A DNA stretch of 64,000 bases from Candidatus Nitrospinota bacterium M3_3B_026. Its GTDB lineage: Bacteria; Nitrospinota_A; UBA7883; JBPRGF01. Of the stretch, positions 47,108-56,504 are shown in pieces. The notes beneath the pieces were generated by a model. The model made no database searches. It worked only from the letters and a program-made list of their open reading frames with translations, and was not told where the DNA came from. Where the stretch lies: the NCBI GenBank assembly GCA_051418015.1, contig JBPRGF010000002.1:313-64312 (forward strand), given 5' to 3'. The translations under genes and the position numbers were made by a program. Positions within the stretch are counted from its first letter, which is position 1; each line of letters begins with the position of its first letter.

Positions 47108-48109
47108 ATGAGCCGCGCGCGGACGCTCGCTGTCGCGGGAGCGGGATACTGGGGCAGGAACATCATAAGGAACCTTGTGGAGCTTGGCGCTCTCAGGTCC
47201 ATCGTCGAGAACCATTCCGGAGCCCAGGAGGAGGCCGCCCGGCGTAACCCCGATATCGACATGAAGGGATCGCTGTCCGAGGCTCTGGCAGACCCGGGCG
47301 TGGAGGGGGTGGTGGTCGTCACCCCCGCGGCGACCCACGCCGCACTTGTGCGCGAATCCCTGATGGCGGGCAAACACGTGTTCGTGGAAAAACCGCTCTG
47401 CCTCGACCCCGAAGAGGGCCGCCGCCTGGTGGACCTCGCCCGGGAGAAACGCCGGATACTGATGGTGGGGCACCTGCTCCATTACCATCCCGCGGTGGTC
47501 GCCCTCAAGAGCATGATCGCCGGCGGCGAGCTGGGGCCGTTGCAGTACATATATTCCAACCGGCTCAACCTCGGCAAAATAAGGACAGAGGAAAACATCC
47601 TCTGGTCCTTCGCCCCGCACGACATTTCGGTGCTTCTGGCGCTGCTGGGGGAGGCGCCGACGGCCGTCTCCTGCCACGCGTCCCATATCCTGAGCAAGGA
47701 CGTCGCCGACGTCACCGTGAGCGCTTTCACATTCGCTTCGGGGATACGGGCGCACATTTTCGTAAGCTGGCTGCATCCCTTCAAAGAACAGAAGCTGGTG
47801 GTGGTCGGCGAAAAAAAGATGGCTGTCTTCGACGACCGGGAACGGGAGAACAAGCTGGTGGTATATCCCCACGTCATAAAATGGGATGGGGATGTTCCGG
47901 TCCCGGACCGGAGGCAGGCCGAGCCGGTGGCGCTCAATGGCGTGGAGCCGCTCCGCGCGGAGATGGAAGCGTTCCTTGAGGCGATCCGCACAGGCGTCCC
48001 TCCCATCACCGACGGCGAGGAGGGGCTCCGGGTGCTGGCGACGCTGGCAACCTGCCAGCTTTCAATGGCCCGTGACGGGGCGCCGGTCTCATGGACGATG
48101 CCTGGCTAG
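47108..48109 (+). CDS. Gfo/Idh/MocA-family sugar-nucleotide oxidoreductase (WbpB/WlbA-like)
   Basis: 'LAVAGAGYWGRNIIRNL' Rossmann fold, 'VFVEKPLCL'. The Met at 47108 was chosen. Confidence 0.85.
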   Translation: MSRARTLAVAGAGYWGRNIIRNLVELGALRSIVENHSGAQEEAARRNPDIDMKGSLSEALADPGVEGVVVVTPAATHAALVRESLMAGKHVFVEKPLCLDPEEGRRLVDLAREKRRILMVGHLLHYHPAVVALKSMIAGGELGPLQYIYSNRLNLGKIRTEENILWSFAPHDISVLLALLGEAPTAVSCHASHILSKDVADVTVSAFTFASGIRAHIFVSWLHPFKEQKLVVVGEKKMAVFDDRERENKLVVYPHVIKWDGDVPVPDRRQAEPVALNGVEPLRAEMEAFLEAIRTGVPPITDGEEGLRVLATLATCQLSMARDGAPVSWTMPG

Positions 48110-48127
48110 ATCGGGAGACCGGCGGAG

Positions 48128-48700
48128 ATGATTCACGAAACGGCGATAATAGATGAGGGAGTGACGATCGGCGAGGGCACGAGGATATGGCACTTTTCCC
48201 ATGTGTTGGGGGGTAGCGTCATCGGCGAGCGCTGTAATATAGGGCAAAATGTCGTTATCGGCCCGCGCGTCACCATCGGCGACGGCTGCAAGATACAGAA
48301 CAACGTGTCGGTATACGAGGGAGTCACGCTGGAGGAGGATGTGTTCTGCGGCCCCTCCATGGTCTTCACCAACGTCATCAACCCGCGGGCCCACATAGTC
48401 CGGAAAGACCAGTATCTGCCCACCGTGGCGCGAAAAGGCGCAACCATCGGCGCGAACGCCACCATACTGTGCGGCGTCACGCTCGGGCGCTACTGCCTTG
48501 TCGGCGCGGGCGCGGTTGTGACAAAGGATGTGCCGGACTACGGGCTGATGGTGGGCGCTCCTGCCCGAAGGCGGGGATGGGTCTGCGCATGCGGCGTCTC
48601 GCTGACCCTGGACGGCGGCCGCGCCGAATGCTCTGAATGCGGCGGCGTCTACCGGCTTGTAAACGATCTCCTTCAACCAGCCATGGCGGACCAGGGGTGA
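48128..48700 (+). CDS. Left-handed beta-helix N-acetyltransferase (WbpD/WlbB-like)
   Basis: Hexapeptide repeats: 'IDEGVTIGEGTRIWHFSHV', 'IGQNVVIGPRVTIGDGCKIQNNVSVY', 'ATIGANATILCGVTLG'. Confidence 0.85.
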   Translation: MIHETAIIDEGVTIGEGTRIWHFSHVLGGSVIGERCNIGQNVVIGPRVTIGDGCKIQNNVSVYEGVTLEEDVFCGPSMVFTNVINPRAHIVRKDQYLPTVARKGATIGANATILCGVTLGRYCLVGAGAVVTKDVPDYGLMVGAPARRRGWVCACGVSLTLDGGRAECSECGGVYRLVNDLLQPAMADQG

Positions 48701-49998
48701 TCGCTTCTCCATCGAAAAGCGGCGCCGGGACGCCCATCCGGTTCCATATCGTCTCCTACCACTACGCCGACCCGGATTCCCCCGCCTGGCCGCGCGTCGA
48801 TTTCCTGGCCGCGGATCTGGCCGGCCGCGGCCATTCCGTGACCATATGGACGCGCCCGTTTGACGGGGACAGGACCGGCGGCGGGATCCAGGCGCGTGGC
48901 GTCGCCGACCCGTTGCGGCCATCCCGGGTGAAGGCGAGCGGCGCGGCGGCGCCATCCTCCTCCGCCCCGTGGAAAACGCGAATGCGCGGCATCGCCCGAA
49001 AATGGATACGCGCCGCGACATTTCCAGACCCCCAGTCTTTCTGGGCCAGGCGCGTCGCCCGCAGGGTCGCGGCGGAGAAGGAGCGTCCAGCCATGGCAGT
49101 GACGTTCGCCGCGCCGGAGAGCGCCGGGCTCGTCGGCGAAGCCTTGCGGCGCAGGGGCGGAAAGTGGTGGTTTGACCTGGCGGACGGATGGACGTTTCAA
49201 GGGTTGCGATACGAGGCCCTCGCCAGCCCGTCCCGCAAGGCCCGGGAAGCGGCTCTGGAAAAACGCTGGATCGCGTCCGCGGACGGCGTTTCCACCGTCA
49301 ACGCGGCTCTCCGGGACTACTTCAACAGCCTTCGTCCATCACCGGACGTCCACGTCTTCCCCAACGTCATTCCGCGGGAGATGGACCTCGGCGGCGCCTC
49401 CGCCGTCTGCATGGGCGGCGATTTTCTCACCGCCCTCTACTTCGGCAGACTCAGAAAGAGTGACGCCGCCCGATCACTCGCTCCGTTGCTCAACCAGCTC
49501 GCGGCGGACCCTGCGCAGGCCTCCCGCGTCCGGCTCCTGTTCGTGGGCGATTTCGACAAGGATGACCTGCGTGAGATCGAGCTTGCGGGGACCTTGTGCG
49601 GCGGGGTCGAGACAATACCGCCGATTCCGCGAGGGCGCCTGCCCGAATTGATCAGGGAAAAACAGGCCGGCGCCATGCTGGTGATAAACAGCCCCGGCTT
49701 GAAGGGCAGCACCAGCAAACTGCTTGACGCAGTCGGGCTGGGGATGCCTGTATGGTTGTTCGGCGACGATGACTCCGAAGCGGCTAAAATAACAAGGGAG
49801 GGGAGAATGGGAGTGGTGGTCCGCAACGACGCGGCGCCGATAGGCCTGGCCGAAACGGAGTCCACCCTGCGCCGGGCGGCGGCGGAAGGTTTCGGCGGGC
49901 GCGTCCGCTCGTTGTGGAGCGGCCCGGCGCGGGCGGCGGAGCTTGGCGACCTGCTGGAGGCCGCCGCCGTGAGAGATACAATCGGAGACGGCGGATGA
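48697..49998 (+). CDS. Hypothetical protein, possibly a GT-B glycosyltransferase
   Basis: The GTG at 48697 overlaps the upstream stop (GTGA). The C-terminal half 'LLFVGDFD...STSKLLDAVGLGMPVWLF' resembles GT-B C-domains. Weak call. Confidence 0.45.
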   Translation: MIASPSKSGAGTPIRFHIVSYHYADPDSPAWPRVDFLAADLAGRGHSVTIWTRPFDGDRTGGGIQARGVADPLRPSRVKASGAAAPSSSAPWKTRMRGIARKWIRAATFPDPQSFWARRVARRVAAEKERPAMAVTFAAPESAGLVGEALRRRGGKWWFDLADGWTFQGLRYEALASPSRKAREAALEKRWIASADGVSTVNAALRDYFNSLRPSPDVHVFPNVIPREMDLGGASAVCMGGDFLTALYFGRLRKSDAARSLAPLLNQLAADPAQASRVRLLFVGDFDKDDLREIELAGTLCGGVETIPPIPRGRLPELIREKQAGAMLVINSPGLKGSTSKLLDAVGLGMPVWLFGDDDSEAAKITREGRMGVVVRNDAAPIGLAETESTLRRAAAEGFGGRVRSLWSGPARAAELGDLLEAAAVRDTIGDGG

Positions 49999-51062
49999 AA
50001 CTGGCTCACGTGGTTGGGGCGCGGCCCCAGTTCATGCAAGCGGCGCCGCTGCGGCGTGAGCTGGAGGCGCGGGGCCATCGGGAAATCCTGATCCACACAG
50101 GCCAGCATTATGACTATGAGATGAGCCGGGTGTTTTTCGAAGAGCTGGGCATCCCGGCTCCGGACGTGAACCTGGAAGTGGGCTCCGCGGGCCACGGCGC
50201 CATGACGGGGAGGATCATCGAAGCGGTGGAACGCGCTCTCCTGGAAACACGCCCGGACGTGGTTATAGTGGACGGCGACACCAATTCCACGCTGGGGGGC
50301 GCTCTGGCCGCCGCGAAACTGCCCCTGCCCCTTGTCCACGTTGAATCGGGACTGAGAAGCGGCGACCGGCGCATGCCCGAGGAAGTGAACCGGATCGTTA
50401 CCGATCATGTGAGCGGCCTGCTGCTGGCGCCAACGGCCACGGCCATAGAGAACCTCGAGCGGGAAGGGCTCTCGGACCGGGCGACGCTGACGGGTGACCT
50501 GATGTGCGACTGCTACATCTCCTTCCGGGAAAAGGCCCGCCGCGCGGTGGTGGGCGAGCTTGGGCTCGGGGAGGGAGCTTACGCGCTGATAACGCTTCAC
50601 CGGGCCGAGAACACAAACGATCCGGAGCGCTTCACCGGCTTCATGAAAGGACTGGCGGCCCTGCCACTGCCGTCGATTTTTCCCGTCCATCCCCGCGCCC
50701 GGGCCATGGTCGACCTGTACCGGCGCAAGGGCGGCCCCATGGGCCAGATCAGGCTCACCGGGCCCAGGAGCTACCTCGAAATGATAGCCCTGGAGGAAGC
50801 GGCGGAGGTGGTGTTCACGGACTCCGGAGGGGTGCAGCGGGAAGCGTACCACGCAGGCGCGCCGTCCGTTGTGCTTCGTGATAACACCGAATGGCGCGAG
50901 CAGGTGGAGGCCGGCTGGACATATCTGGCCATGCCCAGCGAGGAATCCATATTGAGCGCCTACGAAAAAAGCCGCCGCCGCCCGGAAGAGCGCCCCGACA
51001 TTTACGGCGGCGGCGAAGCGGCAAAACGGATGGTCGACGCCATCGAGGCCCGCTTCGGTTGA
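49995..51062 (+). CDS. wecB: UDP-N-acetylglucosamine 2-epimerase (non-hydrolysing)
   Basis: 'VVGARPQFMQ', 'IHTGQHYDYEMS', 'GDTNSTLGGALAA', 'HVESGLRS'. ATGA overlap with the upstream gene. Confidence 0.92.
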   Translation: MKLAHVVGARPQFMQAAPLRRELEARGHREILIHTGQHYDYEMSRVFFEELGIPAPDVNLEVGSAGHGAMTGRIIEAVERALLETRPDVVIVDGDTNSTLGGALAAAKLPLPLVHVESGLRSGDRRMPEEVNRIVTDHVSGLLLAPTATAIENLEREGLSDRATLTGDLMCDCYISFREKARRAVVGELGLGEGAYALITLHRAENTNDPERFTGFMKGLAALPLPSIFPVHPRARAMVDLYRRKGGPMGQIRLTGPRSYLEMIALEEAAEVVFTDSGGVQREAYHAGAPSVVLRDNTEWREQVEAGWTYLAMPSEESILSAYEKSRRRPEERPDIYGGGEAAKRMVDAIEARFG

Positions 51063-51090
51063 CCGGCGAAGCCCCCCTCCCGCCGCGGCT

Positions 51091-52197
51091 TCACGACCGG
51101 TCCTTCCGCCTCTCCATCGCCTCCTCGTACCTGCCCACCACGTGACGGGCGATTTTTTCTGGATCGTGCCACTTGTGTACAAACGCCCTGGCCGCCTCGC
51201 TCTTGACGGCAATGGTCTCCCGGTTTTCAAGTATCGTCAGCAACGCCTCCTCCAGCGTCTGGGGGGTGGCGATGGTGACGGCTTCGGCCAGGTCATCGGC
51301 CATCCCGGCCGGAAGGAACGAGAAATCGCTTCGCCGGAGGTAGCATATAACCGGAACGCCCATCCGCATCGCCTCCACCGACAGGGCGCCATACCATCCA
51401 ATCAGCAGCTGATCCACCACCACGTCCGCCGCGGCGTATCGGGCCAGCGCCTCGTGATGCGGAACCCCTTCCACCAGATCAAGCTGAATTTTTCCGGGAT
51501 GGCTGCGCTCTATGCGCGAAACCGCCTCCAGCAGACAGGAGGTTCCCTTCACGGCTCTGTTCGAAGGGGCGTGGACGACCACCAGCGGGCCGGAACGGCG
51601 GGCGGGGAGCCGCGGGGGTGAGTCGTCCCACGAGGCTATGGTGTAAGGGAGAAACTCGGCGCGCCCGGGAAGAAACCGCAGAAGGTCGGGATTGAGGGCG
51701 AAGATGTGATCCACCTTCGCGTCCATTTTAGCGATCATTATGTCGCGAAACCTGTCAAGGTCGCCGTCCCGGCACATCCGGTGGTCACAGTGCCCGTCCT
51801 GGCAGGCGGAAAGCTCGGTCTCCGCCAATATGCGTTTACGCATCCTGGCGTCGCATCCCTGGTAGGTGACGACTTTCACCGCCCGCTCAGGATACCAGCC
51901 CAGGTCCAGCAAGGGAGCGCCAAGCGTGGGGAAGCTTATCAGGGAAGTCCCGAAATTGAAGTGGAAAACATCGTAGGCTTTCCGCAGCCTCATGAAGGCC
52001 CGCAGCCGGGCCAGCGTGGCGGTGACCCGGGAGCCGCCGCCGACCCTGATGTCGGCCGGATAGTCAAAGGAGTTCCGGTCGGCCACGAGACAGTCCGAGC
52101 GATGGCCTAGCGCGCGCTCGGCGCATCGCAGACCCCAGGCGGCTCCGCCAACAGCGGTTGGCAGGTGAAGAATGGACAGGGGCGTGCGCGTCATCAT
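51091..52197 (-). CDS. Hypothetical protein, possibly a glycosyltransferase-like Rossmann protein
   Basis: N-terminus 'ILHLPTAVGGAAWG' and C-terminal 'YGALSVEAMRMGVPVICY' are GT-B-like. No firm motif. Confidence 0.45.
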   Translation of the reverse strand: MMTRTPLSILHLPTAVGGAAWGLRCAERALGHRSDCLVADRNSFDYPADIRVGGGSRVTATLARLRAFMRLRKAYDVFHFNFGTSLISFPTLGAPLLDLGWYPERAVKVVTYQGCDARMRKRILAETELSACQDGHCDHRMCRDGDLDRFRDIMIAKMDAKVDHIFALNPDLLRFLPGRAEFLPYTIASWDDSPPRLPARRSGPLVVVHAPSNRAVKGTSCLLEAVSRIERSHPGKIQLDLVEGVPHHEALARYAAADVVVDQLLIGWYGALSVEAMRMGVPVICYLRRSDFSFLPAGMADDLAEAVTIATPQTLEEALLTILENRETIAVKSEAARAFVHKWHDPEKIARHVVGRYEEAMERRKDRS

Positions 52198-52564
52198 CGT
52201 CCGCCGCGGCAGCGGGCCCGGCCGGCCGCCGCAGGGTAAGACCTTATTGCCACCATAAGCCGAAATAAGATATCATTCCCCAGGTTGAAAACGCGGCGCG
52301 CGGCAAAGACAAGCGGCGGCCGCGAACTCGATGATGATAACATGCGCCCTTTCGCTTATGATCTCTATCGGCATATGCTCTCCTCGTTCAAGAAGGAAAG
52401 GTACGTAGTCACCTCGCTCGAGAAGCACGCCCCCTCCCATCCTGGAACTTCGCCGCCGTTCTCCAATAGCGGGAGCGCTGAAAAGCTGTGCGCAGGGAGG
52501 CGATTCTCCCTGCCGGAGAGCCGGGGCTGATTCCGTGCACCCTTACATCACGTTGCGGTAGCCC

Positions 52565-54433
52565 ATGTGCGGTATATTCGGCGTCATCGATCTTGCCGGA
52601 CGCCAGGGCGGCGAGCAGGCCAGAACGGTCGAGACAGGGGTCGGCCTGCTTCATCACCGCGGGCCGGACTCTAATGGGGTGGCGTGGGCCGGGCCGGTCT
52701 GCTTTGGCCACACTCGTCTTTCCATCATCGACCTGGACGGCGGAGCGCAGCCCATGGCCGACACAGAGGGCGCCGGGCTTCTCACTTACAACGGCGAGGT
52801 CTATAACTTCCTGGAACTGCGCGATCAGCTGGCCCGGGAGGGACGCCGTTTCACGACACGCTCCGATTCCGAAGTGGTTCTGGCCGCGTACCTTGCGTGG
52901 GGCGCCCAGGCGGTGGAGCGTTTCCGCGGGATGTTCGCCTTCGCGGCTATCGACCATCGCAGGAAAAAGGCCATGATCGCCCGCGACAGGGTCGGCAAGA
53001 AACCTCTTTTTTACACGGTGGCGGGGAGCCGCCTCTGGTTCTCGAGCGAATTGGAGCCGCTCTACCGCGCCGTCGGCCCGTTCCCGCTCGATGAGGAGGG
53101 GCTTGACGACTACCTTGCGTGGCAATATATCCCTGCGCCGAAGACCATCTATAAAGGCGTGCGTTGCCTGCCCCCCGCCTGCCTGCTCGATGTCGACCTG
53201 GAGACCGGCGAAATAAAGGAGCGGCGATACTGGACGCTGACGTTCAGCGAGGATCGCTCCATGTCGGAGAGGGACTGGGAGGAAGAGATAGACCGGAACA
53301 TAAGGGATGCGGTCGCGGCGCGGCTGGTGAGCGATGTTCCATACGGCGTGTTCCTGAGCGGCGGGGTCGACTCCAGCATCGTGACGTGGCACATGGCCGA
53401 TATCCTGAAAAGCCCCGTCCGCTCTTTCTCCATAGGCTTCGAGGAGGCGCGTTACGATGAGATGGAACACGCCCGGGAAGTGGCGCGGCTGTGCGGCGCC
53501 AGGCATCACGCCGAAACGGTCCGGGCGGACTCCATGGGAATATTGCCGAGACTGGTCCGCCATTACGGTCAGCCCTTCGCGGATTCGTCCGCGATTCCGA
53601 CATGGTATGTCTCGGCCATGGCGGCCCGCCATGTAAAGATGGCGCTTTCCGGCGACGGGGGGGACGAGTCGTTCGCCGGCTACAACACCTACGAGGCGAT
53701 CATGCGTCTCGTCTCCGGCGATCCGCCGCCCGGCGCTCGCGGGGCGCTGCGGCTGGCGTTGCTCAAACTGCGCGGATGGCTGCGGCGGGGCGAGATCATG
53801 GAAAGAGCTTATGAGGGCCATTGCGGAGTGTACCGCCACTTTTCCCCCGAGGAGCGCCGATCGTTGCTGAGACCGCGGTTCCGCGGTATGGTAAGGGAAA
53901 TCCAGCCCGACCGGCGCCGGTGGTTTGACGCCGGCAGCGTCCCGCTGTTAACGCGGCTGCAGAGGCTTGATATAATGACATACTTACCATACGACATTCT
54001 GACGAAGGTCGACATCGCCTCCATGGCGCATTCGCTGGAAGTGCGGGCTCCATTGCTCGACCACCACCTGCTGGAGACGGTGGCCCGGATGCCGGTGGAG
54101 CTGAAGTTGAAAAAAATAGAAACAAATGAGGGGACGCTTTACGGAAAGAAGCATATGCTCCGGCAGGTGGCCAGGCGGCGGTTCGACTCCCGGATCATCG
54201 ATCGCCCCAAACAGGGGTTCGGCGTTCCCCTCGGGCCATGGTTCGCCGGCCCTTTGCGCGAGGAGGTTCGCCGGCGCCTTGTCAATTCCGCTCCGATGGC
54301 GCGTTATTTCGACACCGGAGCGCTCGAGTCGCTGGTGAACCGCCACACGGAGGCCGCCGACCTTTCGTCCAGGCTCTGGAACCTTCTTTTTCTGGGCGAA
54401 TGGATGGAGACACATCCAGAATCGCTGGCATGA
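52565..54433 (+). CDS. Asparagine synthase-family glutamine amidotransferase (AsnB/WbpS-like), copy 1
   Basis: N-terminal 'MCGIFG' (Cys2 nucleophile), 'HRGPD', PP-loop 'FLSGGVDSS'. Confidence 0.9.
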   Translation: MCGIFGVIDLAGRQGGEQARTVETGVGLLHHRGPDSNGVAWAGPVCFGHTRLSIIDLDGGAQPMADTEGAGLLTYNGEVYNFLELRDQLAREGRRFTTRSDSEVVLAAYLAWGAQAVERFRGMFAFAAIDHRRKKAMIARDRVGKKPLFYTVAGSRLWFSSELEPLYRAVGPFPLDEEGLDDYLAWQYIPAPKTIYKGVRCLPPACLLDVDLETGEIKERRYWTLTFSEDRSMSERDWEEEIDRNIRDAVAARLVSDVPYGVFLSGGVDSSIVTWHMADILKSPVRSFSIGFEEARYDEMEHAREVARLCGARHHAETVRADSMGILPRLVRHYGQPFADSSAIPTWYVSAMAARHVKMALSGDGGDESFAGYNTYEAIMRLVSGDPPPGARGALRLALLKLRGWLRRGEIMERAYEGHCGVYRHFSPEERRSLLRPRFRGMVREIQPDRRRWFDAGSVPLLTRLQRLDIMTYLPYDILTKVDIASMAHSLEVRAPLLDHHLLETVARMPVELKLKKIETNEGTLYGKKHMLRQVARRRFDSRIIDRPKQGFGVPLGPWFAGPLREEVRRRLVNSAPMARYFDTGALESLVNRHTEAADLSSRLWNLLFLGEWMETHPESLA

Positions 54434-54496
54434 GAGCGCATATACCGGCGCCACGCGGGGCGTGGGCTTTTCTCGATCAAAAGGAGACCTGACCAA

Positions 54497-55489
54497 ATGC
54501 CGTCACTAAAAGACAAAAAAATTCTCGTCATAGGGGGGGCCGGATTTATCGGCTCGCACGTTGTTGAAGAGCTGCTCAAGGAGCCGGTGGGACAGGTGAC
54601 AGTGTTCGACAACTTCAGCCGCGGCGCGGAGGAAAACCTCGCCGACGCGGCCCCTAACAGCCGATTCCGGGTGTTCGACCTGGGGGGCGACATTCTGCAG
54701 GCTGACATCCTGGACGAGGCCATCAAGGGACAGGACATGGTGGTACATCTGGCCGCGTTGTGGCTGCTGCATTGCCATGAGTACCCCCAATCGGCGTTCG
54801 AGGTGAACATCCGCGGCTTTTTCAACGTGCTGGAGTCATGCCGCCGTCACAACATAGAAAAGCTGGTCTTTTCAAGCTCCGCCTCGGTGTACGGCGACGC
54901 CGTGGAGGAGCCGATGACCGAGGACCATCCCTATAACAATTGGACGTTTTACGGCGCCAGCAAGATAGCCGGCGAACACATGATGAAGGCGTACCACAGG
55001 CGCTACGGCCTGAGCGGTGTGGGGCTCCGCTACATGAACGTCTACGGCCCCCGCCAGGACTACCGCGGAGCCTACATCGCCGTTATGATGAAGATACTCG
55101 ACAACATCGACCAGGGCGCCAGCCCCACGGTCTATGGCGACGGCTCCCAGGCTTATGACTTCATCCATGTCCGGGACGCCGCGCGGGCCAACGTCCTCGC
55201 CCTGAAGGCGGATGTCCCACACGGTTTTTATAATGTCGGCCGGGGGATCAAAACCTCGATCAAGGAGCTTGCGGAGCTTTTGATCTCGCTGACGGGGTCC
55301 GGCCTGCCGGTGGAATACAAGGACGCCGGGCCGACCTTTGTGAAAAACCGCGTGGGGGACCCGACGCGGGCTTCCGAGGACCTGGGCTTCAAATGGACCA
55401 TTGGCCTGGAGGAGGGGATGCGCTCGCTCATAGAGTGGCGCAAAAGCCACATGGAGGAGGTGGAGAAGCGCCGTCGCGCCGTTCGCTGA
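54497..55489 (+). CDS. NAD-dependent sugar-nucleotide epimerase/dehydratase (extended SDR)
   Basis: 'VIGGAGFIGSHVV' and 'YGASK' (YxxxK). Confidence 0.9.
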   Translation: MPSLKDKKILVIGGAGFIGSHVVEELLKEPVGQVTVFDNFSRGAEENLADAAPNSRFRVFDLGGDILQADILDEAIKGQDMVVHLAALWLLHCHEYPQSAFEVNIRGFFNVLESCRRHNIEKLVFSSSASVYGDAVEEPMTEDHPYNNWTFYGASKIAGEHMMKAYHRRYGLSGVGLRYMNVYGPRQDYRGAYIAVMMKILDNIDQGASPTVYGDGSQAYDFIHVRDAARANVLALKADVPHGFYNVGRGIKTSIKELAELLISLTGSGLPVEYKDAGPTFVKNRVGDPTRASEDLGFKWTIGLEEGMRSLIEWRKSHMEEVEKRRRAVR

Positions 55490-55501
55490 CGGCGCCCCTG
55501 G

Positions 55502-56386
55502 CTATTCCAGCAGGGTTTTCACCCCCTGGGCGAAGGTGATCGATGGGCCGCCGAGCAGCGCGCGCATTCGGCTGATATCCGCCACCATTCGGGGGGCGGG
55601 GCCGCTTTCGTCCACGGAAAAAACAGGAGGCCTGCCCGCGCGTTCGCCGATGATCTCACACATTCGGCGCAGGGTGATGGCCTCGGGGCCCGCCACGTTG
55701 ATGACGTTCACGCCGTCCCCCTCGAGGCGCAGGCTGCTTTCGACGGCGTTGACGGCGTCGTCTACATGGACCGGGTTTATCACCAGCCCGCCGGGCCCTT
55801 GCAGGGTGATTGGCCGGCCCTCTCTCACCGACGCCGCCAGCCGCGGCGCGAGCATATCCCGCCGCTGGCCCGGCCCGTAAATGAAAAAGAAGCGCAGGAT
55901 AACCACCTTCATGATCCCGGCGTATCCCGCCGCCAATATCTCGGCCGCCAGCTTGGAGCGCGCGTAATAGCCGTTGATTTTCTCCACGTCAAGCCGGTTT
56001 TCCTCCCGCAACGGCTCCGGGCTCGCCGGATAAACTCCCCCCGTGGAGGCGAGTATGAGCCGGCTGACGCCAGCCCGCCTGCCGAATTCCAGCAAGCGCT
56101 GGGTGGAAGCGACGTTCACAGCGTAGATATCGTCGGCCTGCTCGGGAAACCGGCGGAATGCAAGAGACTGGGCCAGGTGAACGATGGCGTCGGCGTTGGC
56201 GGGTAACAGGCCGGCAAAACCGGGATCCGCGAGGTCGGCGATGGTGGGGACCACTCCCTCGGGCAGGTGGCCTGGCTCTTTTCTGTAGATAGGCGCAAGC
56301 CGGCGGCGGCCAGTCAATCGGCGCACAAGCTGAGCCCCGACGAGCCCCGAGGCCCCGGTGATGATGATCGGTTTTTCTTCGCTCAC
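55502..56386 (-). CDS. NAD-dependent epimerase/dehydratase-family SDR
   Basis: 'ITGASGLVGAQLV' and 'YARSK'. Confidence 0.85.
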   Translation of the reverse strand: MSEEKPIIITGASGLVGAQLVRRLTGRRRLAPIYRKEPGHLPEGVVPTIADLADPGFAGLLPANADAIVHLAQSLAFRRFPEQADDIYAVNVASTQRLLEFGRRAGVSRLILASTGGVYPASPEPLREENRLDVEKINGYYARSKLAAEILAAGYAGIMKVVILRFFFIYGPGQRRDMLAPRLAASVREGRPITLQGPGGLVINPVHVDDAVNAVESSLRLEGDGVNVINVAGPEAITLRRMCEIIGERAGRPPVFSVDESGPAPRMVADISRMRALLGGPSITFAQGVKTLLE

Positions 56387-56504
56387 GCGGTGAGTCCCTT
56401 ATAGAAAAACATGCAGTTTTATTGACGAATTATTGGATCAGGCCGCTCCAGTTGTCTACCTTGGCGTGATATAATACCCCAATTTTGCTTTGTAAAATAT
56501 CGCT

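Noticed and set aside
49437-51230. 597-aa minus-strand ORF across the putative GT and wecB genes. Similar long minus-strand ORFs lie at 48089-49021, 52409-53839 and 59290-60237.
   Set aside because: Their composition is that of GC-rich shadow frames, and they overlap plus-strand genes with strong motifs (wecB, asnB-like, wzt).
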